Assembly (NCBI GenBank): GCA_033549025.1
Contig: JAWSUS010000001.1
Span: 325,689 to 389,688, forward strand
Direction of reading: 5' to 3'
DNA length: 64,000 nt
Source: Desulfuromonadales bacterium
GTDB lineage: Bacteria > Desulfobacterota > Desulfuromonadia > Desulfuromonadales > SZUA-540
Under the pieces are notes generated by a model, which ran no database searches, was not told the DNA's origin, and saw only the letters and a program-made list of their open reading frames with translations. The translations under genes were made by a program, and so were the position numbers. Shown here in pieces: positions 35,805-43,296 of this stretch (positions are counted from its first letter, which is position 1; the number at the start of each line of letters is the position of its first letter).

Positions 35805-35827
35805 GGTGATACTTTAGGTGATACTTT
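35805..35827 (+). repeat. Tandem 11-bp direct repeat GGTGATACTTT (candidate integrase arm sites)
   Basis: Copies at 35805-35815 and 35817-35827. Confidence 0.65.
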
Positions 35828-36312
35828 TCTACACCATAGATTGTCTCAACTTTGGATTTGGGTGGTTAAAATGGATCAGGCAACAAAATGATTTCTACCA
35901 AAAGATCAGAGCACAAATCAATGATTGGGCAACTTCTGAAGATGGCACGAAATCAGAGTGGATTAATTACGTTCTCGTCGCACCAGACCTATTTCATCTC
36001 TTATGCAAATTGGTCATCGACAAAAATGTTCCCGCATCTCACAAAGCGAAGCTAGTAATAGTTATTGCCTACTTTGTCTCACCAGTCGATTTAGTTCCAG
36101 AGGGTATTGTAGGTCCTATTGGCTTTGTGGATGACATTGCCCTTACTGCCTATGCTTTAAATAGCCTTCTCAACGAAGTAGAGGAAAAAGTTGTCCTCAA
36201 GCACTGGGTTGGCGACAAAGACTTACTAAAACTAATTCAAGAGGTTTTAAAAGTTGCTGACGAAATGGTAGGTTCTGGACTATGGTCGAAAATAAAAGGA
36301 ATGTTCGGTTAA
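35818..36312 (+). CDS. YkvA/DUF1232-family protein, 5' end uncertain
   Basis: AYFVSPVDLVPEGIVGPIGFVDD signature; the best RBS-ATG (35871) is out of frame. Confidence 0.75.
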   Translation: MILFYTIDCLNFGFGWLKWIRQQNDFYQKIRAQINDWATSEDGTKSEWINYVLVAPDLFHLLCKLVIDKNVPASHKAKLVIVIAYFVSPVDLVPEGIVGPIGFVDDIALTAYALNSLLNEVEEKVVLKHWVGDKDLLKLIQEVLKVADEMVGSGLWSKIKGMFG

Positions 36313-36468
36313 TCCTTGCTGAGTGCCACCTCTCTGCAAGGTAGCCAATCTGAAAATTGGATGAAATTTTATCATCCGTGCCCTAGCGAGGAATTTGCCA
36401 CAGCAAAATCTGGGAAGACATAGGTTGACTCAGAGGGGGTAGCGACAAAGGGTTACTTCATGTTTCAG

Positions 36469-36515
36469 ATTGCATCGTCGCTGCCGATTCACTACCTCGG
36501 CAGCGACGATGCAAT
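36469..36515. repeat. Perfect 19-bp inverted repeat with 9-nt loop
   Basis: ATTGCATCGTCGCTGCCGA-ttcactacc-TCGGCAGCGACGATGCAAT. Confidence 0.95.
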
Positions 36516-36517
36516 TC

Positions 36518-36769
36518 CTATGCTGCCAGTTTACCAAAGGCTCGATTTTGTGCCCATTCAGCCAACTTGACCACCGGATAATAAACCCTGTTGCCAAATT
36601 TTACCCGCTCGGGCCCTTCCCCCAGAGAATCAAGATTAGCCATAGTTTTAGGATTTAGCATACCGCCGCTAAATTTACGAACTAGGGAGCGAGCTACATA
36701 AGGTCCATTCTCCCAGGAATCTACCATGAGTTGAAATTCCGGTGCTAAGGTCATGTCTTGTTTATTCAC
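36518..36769 (-). CDS. Small Xis/AlpA-like winged-helix DNA-binding protein
   Basis: 83 aa; PKTMANLDSLGEGPERVKFGNRVYYPVVKLAEW fits the excisionase-type GP-x-K-x-G-x-R-V-x-Y...W pattern; GTG start with GGAG RBS. Confidence 0.65.
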   Translation of the reverse strand: MNKQDMTLAPEFQLMVDSWENGPYVARSLVRKFSGGMLNPKTMANLDSLGEGPERVKFGNRVYYPVVKLAEWAQNRAFGKLAA

Positions 36770-37136
36770 GCGTTAATATCTCCAATATTAAAGTAATCCA
36801 GAACACTAATGTTCCTTTAAAATAAATATTAAATATTCATGCTAACAATTACTATTTCCCACAGAAATGCCAACATGCGCCCTCAAAGGTATTGAAACAC
36901 AGATTGCTTAAAGTTAAGTAGGTGCCAAAATTTTCAGGGCGGCCATCTTGTCTCAAAATAATATTTTCTACCAATAGCTGACGCCTCACTCCCAATAACC
37001 GAACCCTTCATACATTCTCCAGATAAGCAAATTTACATACGGCCATATGCATAAAAAAATTTTGCCACAATTTTTAAATTAATGAGAAGGAAAATAATGA
37101 AGGAGTCACTTAATTTTTTTCTTTTTTTATTATGTG

Positions 37137-37559
37137 TTAATTATTCCGGCTACATACCGGACATCCGTTAGTTCCTGGTGACTCCTTCATAAATCGGCTG
37201 AATTCGACCGCGTAGATGTGGTCATGGATCAGGCAGTAAAACCAGAAATAGGCCTCAGGGTTGACATTTCCAACCGTGCATGGTGAAAGGCAGTAGGCAT
37301 TATTGAGGCTGCGTTCCAGGACGAATTTTTGGAGGGAGCTAGGCGCCATAGGATATTCTTCCTCTGGGCACTCCCACCACGCCGGAATTACATCTTTTTC
37401 ATTTTGATCCGAATCGTTTTGTATGGCACCAATCGATTGGCTTGGTGATGGAAGAACCTTGAGGTGAGTCGGCGCTGTTTTTTTTGGTTTGAGTTCAGAC
37501 TTTTTGGAATCCTCCAACATCGATATTTTGGTTTTTTTCTCAGCATTCATTTTTTTCAT
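37137..37559 (-). CDS. Hypothetical protein with basic N-terminus and C-terminal zinc-ribbon-like motif
   Basis: AAGGAG RBS; WFYCLIHDHIY...GCPVC; divergent from the repressor. Confidence 0.55.
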   Translation of the reverse strand: MKKMNAEKKTKISMLEDSKKSELKPKKTAPTHLKVLPSPSQSIGAIQNDSDQNEKDVIPAWWECPEEEYPMAPSSLQKFVLERSLNNAYCLSPCTVGNVNPEAYFWFYCLIHDHIYAVEFSRFMKESPGTNGCPVCSRNN

Positions 37560-37581
37560 TCAACAATCTCCTTTCTTGTGG

Positions 37582-37641
37582 CATATTCAACCAAACGGGC
37601 ATTTTTGTAGCCATATTAACCCAAATGGGTTGGTTTGTCAA
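37582..37641 (-). promoter_or_regulatory. Leftward promoter with two operator-like repeats
   Basis: Minus strand TTGACA (37641-37636)-N17-TAATAT (37618-37613); repeats CATATTCAACCAAACGGG (37582-37599) and CATATTAACCCAAATGGG (37612-37629); palindrome AACCCA-aa-TGGGTT. Confidence 0.65.
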
Positions 37642-37668
37642 TATCTAAATAGCCAAAAGGGTGGATCT

Positions 37669-38247
37669 ATGTTTGATCGAATTACACAACGACGGAAAGC
37701 ACTCGGATTGACCCAAGTGCAACTGGCCGAAAAAATAAAAGTCTCTCCAAACACAATTAACAGATTTGAAAATGGACACCGGGTTCCCGATGCCCATCAA
37801 GTCATCCAATTGGGTGAAGCCCTGGATTGTTCGGTGGAATGGCTCTTGACGGGTCAAGAGGGACAATCCGCACTGCCAGATGGTGAAGGTACCCCTTATT
37901 ACTCTTCACCTTGCTTTGGCAACGCAGGGTCGATCACTAGTGAGATGGATGGCGTTGTCCAGGTTCCGGGATTGGATCCTGGCGATGTCGTTCTCCCGAT
38001 GGCTGGCGATGCCATGTCACCCAGGATAAACGATGGAGATCTTGTGCTCATTCAACGTGGAGAGCCCGGAGTAAACCAGGTCGCGTTTTTGATTGATCAA
38101 TGGGGGGGCACTCACGTGCGATGGAGAAGGGAGGTCCAGGGACAGTCGCTTTATGTTGCCGAGAATCCCCAGTACCCCCCTTTGTCTGGTCCTGATCTGA
38201 AGATTTGGGGGAGAGTCGTTGCTGCCATTAGCGTCAGAAAGTTTTAG
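37669..38247 (+). CDS. CI/LexA-like repressor (Xre HTH plus S24-like domain)
   Basis: RITQRRKALGLTQVQLAEKIKVSPNTINRFENG HTH; GDAMSPRINDGDLVLI, ENPQYPP, IWGRVV. Start set at ATG 37669. Confidence 0.88.
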   Translation: MFDRITQRRKALGLTQVQLAEKIKVSPNTINRFENGHRVPDAHQVIQLGEALDCSVEWLLTGQEGQSALPDGEGTPYYSSPCFGNAGSITSEMDGVVQVPGLDPGDVVLPMAGDAMSPRINDGDLVLIQRGEPGVNQVAFLIDQWGGTHVRWRREVQGQSLYVAENPQYPPLSGPDLKIWGRVVAAISVRKF

Positions 38248-38296
38248 ACAGTAATCCCGTGGGTGACATTCCTGCACTCAAGGGCGGTTACTGCTA

Positions 38297-39022
38297 TCAG
38301 GTTGCCGTAACATCAGGAGATTGTTCCTGCTTTTTATTCCTGGTTTTCTGTTTCGAAGGCGATCTTTCGGCGTTTGAGGTGATCAGGATCCGGCTGATGG
38401 ACCGTAATTCCGTTTCCAGTAGGGCCGAGCGACCTTCCTCTTTCTCCAGCCGATTTTGAAGTTCGCGAGTTTTTTCGCTGTAATTGCGGGCGACAATTAA
38501 TTCCCGATCCGCCTCCAGTAGCCGGCTTTTTAGTTCACCGATCTCCTTTTCCAACTCCCTGATTCTCAGGGTAGAGGTTTCCAGGCGCGTGGACGCGCGT
38601 GCCGTGTCTATTTCAATGCTTTGGTTTAGCCTGACTATCTCTTGGGCCGCTTTCGAGATGTCCTGAGAGACTCGTTTGCATTCAGCGTGCAGTTCACTAT
38701 TCTCTTCGAGTAAGGCTCGCGTATCTTCCTCGGCAGTTTCAACACGTCTTTGAAGCTGTTCAGTCTCTTGGCTGCAGAACTTTTTGATTTCAGCAATGAT
38801 GGCGCCTGTGACCGTGGTGGACAAGTGGGCAGAGCCAAGTATTTCAGAGATGGCGTTACTCTGATTGTATTTCCTTACAATCTCACTGATTGTCGTGGAC
38901 GACCCTCTATCGCCAAGCTGGGCACGAACATTTCGGATAGTGGGTTTTTTCCCCTCGAGAAACAGGGCTTCGATGGCCGCGCCAACCTCCGAATAGCTGA
39001 TATTGTCTGATCTTTGTCTCAT
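38297..39022 (-). CDS. KfrA-like DNA-binding coiled-coil protein
   Basis: EVGAAIEALFLEGKKPTIRNVRAQLGDRGSSTTI (KfrA_N pattern), then a long coiled coil; ATG 39022 with AGGAG RBS. Confidence 0.82.
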   Translation of the reverse strand: MRQRSDNISYSEVGAAIEALFLEGKKPTIRNVRAQLGDRGSSTTISEIVRKYNQSNAISEILGSAHLSTTVTGAIIAEIKKFCSQETEQLQRRVETAEEDTRALLEENSELHAECKRVSQDISKAAQEIVRLNQSIEIDTARASTRLETSTLRIRELEKEIGELKSRLLEADRELIVARNYSEKTRELQNRLEKEEGRSALLETELRSISRILITSNAERSPSKQKTRNKKQEQSPDVTAT

Positions 39023-39045
39023 GGGATAGCTCCTGTCATTTTTTG

Positions 39046-39089
39046 AAGATAACAGTTGGTAACAACCTGATGTTACCAACTGTTATCTT
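39046..39089. promoter_or_regulatory. Perfect 19-bp inverted repeat upstream of the kfrA-like gene (candidate operator)
   Basis: AAGATAACAGTTGGTAACA-acctga-TGTTACCAACTGTTATCTT. Confidence 0.8.
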
Positions 39090-39129
39090 TTGGTTGTTGA
39101 CAACTTATTCGACAGGAGCGTCCGTAGGT

Positions 39130-39831
39130 TTAGGTTGAACCGGAATCTTTTTTGACGCTTTGCCTCTCATAGTTCGGGTCAATGTCCCTGCGCAAAGCCA
39201 TTTGGTCCACTTCAATGCCCTCCTTCTTGGCTCTTTTCTTGTCATTCCAGGCTATTTCACGAATTTTTCGAAGACGGGTCTTCAATTTTTCGTTATTGGG
39301 AACTTTGAACACATCTTCGAGGATCTCGGCGACGATCTCGATCCTGATTCGATTTTCCGGATTCATGATTCGCCTTTTGTCGTCTAAATCAATTTTATTA
39401 TTTAAAAAAGTGGAATAAGCCCATCGCTCCCATTTTGAGGTCAATTCTGGGCGTTTAATTATTTCCTGCCGTTGTTGATAGCTCAAATTTGAAAGCTGCT
39501 TCCGAATAAAAAAAGGATTTCCCCATATTTTTTTCAAAGAAGTTAAAAAATGAATGTCTAAAAACAACATGGGATAACTTATCACTTGGCAATCATGCAA
39601 TCGACCAATAACTTTGACAGGCAGTCCCAAATTCTCTGCGACTTCGCGCATCTTAAATGGACTCTCCTCGTCGTAATAACCATCGATAGTATCAACCCCT
39701 TTTTCTAGCAACACAAAGTCTTTGTCTAACTTCTTGGCAGAATCTTCATCAATGCCATATATCTCACTAAGTTTCTCGATATACTTCTTCCTGTTAAAAT
39801 GTTTTAGGTAATCCCAACTTATTTCATCCAT
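39130..39831 (-). CDS. Hypothetical protein, possible HTH
   Basis: 233-aa AT-rich ORF with GGAG RBS; FKMREVAENLGLPVKVIGRL is HTH-like. Confidence 0.6.
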   Translation of the reverse strand: MDEISWDYLKHFNRKKYIEKLSEIYGIDEDSAKKLDKDFVLLEKGVDTIDGYYDEESPFKMREVAENLGLPVKVIGRLHDCQVISYPMLFLDIHFLTSLKKIWGNPFFIRKQLSNLSYQQRQEIIKRPELTSKWERWAYSTFLNNKIDLDDKRRIMNPENRIRIEIVAEILEDVFKVPNNEKLKTRLRKIREIAWNDKKRAKKEGIEVDQMALRRDIDPNYERQSVKKDSGST

Positions 39832-40231
39832 ATCACGACTCCGATTGTTTTTATAAATAGATTCGGATATGAGTGAACAAAAAATGGAAAATAAAAAATA
39901 TTTACCCTCTTAGACTCAACAAGAAAAATATGCTCGAAATACTGCCGATAGTACCCTTTTTCTTAGAATATAGGTATTACTCAGATAAAAACCATAAATT
40001 ACTATCTTATTTTACTGACAAAATTATGGAAAATGCATTTACTAGTTGTTTTGTTTCAATAAATGAAATCCATAAACTCTCATGGAAGAAATAATGTGTT
40101 TTTCAAAAAATAGTTCTGGGAAAGTTAAGTTTCCATCAAAACATCAGGAATTTCCTGATAGAAAATCAATTCAGTATTGTTTATGATGAATTTTTGCAAT
40201 TTCTTTCAGTTTAGGGGGGGAGCGTGTAGAA

Positions 40232-43200
40232 ATGAACAATCCTTTCTTCGATCAACCAATTCTCAATTCTCCATACGGTTATCCTGGCAGGCATTGGGAA
40301 CTCGATGAGCAGGGTCAGCCAACCCAGAAGATCATCGAGAAGCGTCGCCGTGCTGACTTCATTACTCCGATCCCTAAACCAAGAAAACGCAAATCCGGTG
40401 GGGTTCAGCAAGGATTTGTCTTCGATGAAGGCATAGGCCTCTCCACTGAAGATCAGCAGTATGATCAGACGTCAATCATCAATCGTCTGCGGGAGCATGT
40501 CGATCGCTGGCGGATGATACAAAATCCAGCCAACTGGAAAGTCACTCCCGAAACAGCCAGATTGCTTCAGCACTGGCGCCATCATTCTTTCAATAGTATT
40601 CGCCCATTTTTCTGCCAGATAGAAGCCATTGAGACCGCGATCTGGTTGACTGAAGTTGCCCCGACCGAAAAAGCGGGTAAAGACTTTCTCGATCATCTGA
40701 CCAGGGCCAACAACGATGCAAACCCTGAGTTGATGCGTCTCGCTTTGAAACTGGCGACAGGGGCGGGCAAAACGACCGTTATGGCGATGCTGATCGCCTG
40801 GCAGACCATCAATGCCGTGCGTCGTCCCAATAGCAAAAAATTCACTCGGGGATTTCTAATTGTCGCTCCAGGCATCACCATCCGTGATCGTCTGCGGGTT
40901 CTGCAACCGAACGACCCGGACAGCTACTACCAAAGCCGCGAGCTGGTGCCCAGCGATATGCTCGGGGATATCGAACGCGCCAAGATTGTTATCACCAACT
41001 TTCACGCATTCAAACTGCGCGAACGGATCGAATTATCGAAAGGGGGACGAGCCCTGCTGCAAGGGCGCGGTGAATCTCTCAACACTCTTGAGACCGAAGG
41101 TCAGATGCTCCAACGCGTCATGCCTGAGCTGATGGGGCTAAAGAATATTCTGGCGATCAATGACGAGGCCCACCATTGTTACCGGGAAAAACCTGGTGAG
41201 GACGATGTCAGCGATCTGAAGGGTGACGAAAAGAAAGAAGCCGAGAAAAACAATGAAGCGGCCCGACTCTGGATTTCGGGACTGGAAATAGTCAACCGAA
41301 AGCTTGGCCTTTCTCAGGTCATCGACCTCTCGGCAACGCCCTTTTTCCTGCGCGGCTCCGGCTATGCCGAGGGGACGTTGTTCCCTTGGACGATGAGCGA
41401 CTTTTCGCTGATGGATGCCATCGAGTGCGGCATCGTCAAGCTGCCTCGGGTGCCAGTGGCGGATAACATCCCCGGTGAAGAGATGCCGATGTTCCGCAAC
41501 CTCTGGGAGCACATCGGCAAGAAGATGCCAAAGAAAGGGCGCGGCAAGGCTGCTACGCTCAACCCCCTGGACTTGCCGCCGCAACTGCAAACCGCACTTC
41601 AAGCACTCTACGGACATTACGAAAAAACTTTCGAGCTGTGGCAAAAAGAGGGGATCAACGTCCCGCCTTGCTTCATCGTCGTCTGCAACAACACCGCCAC
41701 CTCGAAGCTGGTCTATGACTACATCTCCGGGTTCGTTATTGAAAAGGAAGATGGTACGAGCTTGCAGCAAGACGGCCGGCTGCCCCTGTTCCGCAATACG
41801 GACCAATTCGGCAACCCTCTGCCTCGCCCCAACACCCTGCTGATCGACAGCGAACAGCTCGAATCAGGCGAGGCGCTGGATGCCAACTTTCGCGAGATGG
41901 CCTCGGATGAAATCGAACGATTCCGGCGCGAGATCATCAAACGCACGAATGACCTTCGTCAGGCTGACAACATCACCGACCAGGACCTGCTGCGCGAAGT
42001 TATGAACACCGTCGGTAAGCACGGTCGCCTTGGCGGGTCAATCCGCTGCGTGGTCTCGGTCTCCATGCTCACTGAAGGATGGGACGCCAACACTGTTACG
42101 CACGTTCTCGGGGTGCGGGCATTCGGTACCCAGCTTCTCTGTGAGCAGGTGATCGGTCGTGCCCTGCGCCGCCAGTCCTATGAACTGAATGAAGAGGGGC
42201 TGTTCAATACCGAGTATGCCGATGTGCTGGGAATTCCCTTTGACTTTACTGCCAAGCCGGTGATCGCGCCGCCACAGCCGCCGCGTGAAACAATCCAGGT
42301 CAAGGCGGTCCGGCCCGAACGGGATGCACTGGAAATCCGCTTTCCCCGGGTCGCTGGTTATCGCACCGAGCTCCCCGAGACGCGCCTGGCGGCCGACTTC
42401 AATGACGAGTCGTCGCTGGTGCTGACCCCCGACCTGGTCGGTGCCACTGAAACCCGCAACTCCGGGATCATCGGTGCGCCGATCGATCTTAATCTGGTGC
42501 ATACCGGCGATGTCCGTCCCTCCCAGATCGTCTATGAGCTGACCTCTCATCTGGTCCTGACCAAATGGCGGGATGCCGATGGCGAACCACAGTTAAACCT
42601 GTTCGGCCAGCTCAAGCGCATCGCCCGCCAGTGGCTCGACGGCTACCTCGACTGCCGGGGTGGCACCTATCCCGCCCAGCTCAAGTACAAGACCCTTGCC
42701 GACCTGGCCTGTGACAAGATCACCGCCGCCATTACCCGCCACCATGTAGGTGAAAGCCCCGTCAAGGCAGTGCTCGACCCCTACAACCCGGTTGGCTCAA
42801 CCAGTCACGTCAATTTCAACACCTCCAAGAAGGACCGCTGGGAAACCGATTCGCGGCGCTGCCAGATCAACTGGGTCATTCTCGACAGTGATTGGGAGGC
42901 CGAGTTCTGCCGAGTTGCCGAAGGCCATCCCAAGGTCAAGGCCTACGTCAAGAACCACAGCCTCGGGCTGGAAGTCCCCTATCGCTACGGCTCCGAAACC
43001 CGCAAGTACCTGCCCGATTTCATTGTGCAGATCGACGATGGCCGGGGCGAGGATGATCTGCTGCATCTGATCGTCGAGATCAAGGGCTACCGGCGCGAGG
43101 ACGCCAAAGAGAAAAAGTCAACCATGGAGACCTACTGGGTGCCGGGGGTCAACAACCTCGGCACCTATGGCCGCTGGGCCTTCGCCGAGTTTACCGAGGT

Positions 43201-43288
43201 CTACCAGATCGAGTCGGACTTCGAAGCCAAAGTTGAAGCTGAGTTTAACAAGATGATCGACGCCGCTACCGGCGGGTCGGCTGCATAA
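40232..43288 (+). CDS. Type III restriction (Res)-like SF2 helicase-endonuclease
   Basis: KLATGAGKT, INDEAHH, LSATP, MLTEGWD, EQVIGRALRR; C-terminal YLPDF...IVEIKG PD-(D/E)xK nuclease. Confidence 0.9.
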   Translation: MNNPFFDQPILNSPYGYPGRHWELDEQGQPTQKIIEKRRRADFITPIPKPRKRKSGGVQQGFVFDEGIGLSTEDQQYDQTSIINRLREHVDRWRMIQNPANWKVTPETARLLQHWRHHSFNSIRPFFCQIEAIETAIWLTEVAPTEKAGKDFLDHLTRANNDANPELMRLALKLATGAGKTTVMAMLIAWQTINAVRRPNSKKFTRGFLIVAPGITIRDRLRVLQPNDPDSYYQSRELVPSDMLGDIERAKIVITNFHAFKLRERIELSKGGRALLQGRGESLNTLETEGQMLQRVMPELMGLKNILAINDEAHHCYREKPGEDDVSDLKGDEKKEAEKNNEAARLWISGLEIVNRKLGLSQVIDLSATPFFLRGSGYAEGTLFPWTMSDFSLMDAIECGIVKLPRVPVADNIPGEEMPMFRNLWEHIGKKMPKKGRGKAATLNPLDLPPQLQTALQALYGHYEKTFELWQKEGINVPPCFIVVCNNTATSKLVYDYISGFVIEKEDGTSLQQDGRLPLFRNTDQFGNPLPRPNTLLIDSEQLESGEALDANFREMASDEIERFRREIIKRTNDLRQADNITDQDLLREVMNTVGKHGRLGGSIRCVVSVSMLTEGWDANTVTHVLGVRAFGTQLLCEQVIGRALRRQSYELNEEGLFNTEYADVLGIPFDFTAKPVIAPPQPPRETIQVKAVRPERDALEIRFPRVAGYRTELPETRLAADFNDESSLVLTPDLVGATETRNSGIIGAPIDLNLVHTGDVRPSQIVYELTSHLVLTKWRDADGEPQLNLFGQLKRIARQWLDGYLDCRGGTYPAQLKYKTLADLACDKITAAITRHHVGESPVKAVLDPYNPVGSTSHVNFNTSKKDRWETDSRRCQINWVILDSDWEAEFCRVAEGHPKVKAYVKNHSLGLEVPYRYGSETRKYLPDFIVQIDDGRGEDDLLHLIVEIKGYRREDAKEKKSTMETYWVPGVNNLGTYGRWAFAEFTEVYQIESDFEAKVEAEFNKMIDAATGGSAA

Positions 43289-43296
43289 GGATAGGA

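Noticed and set aside
39873..40094. 73-aa AT-rich ORF
   Set aside because: No convincing RBS or motif; lies in a divergent promoter region.
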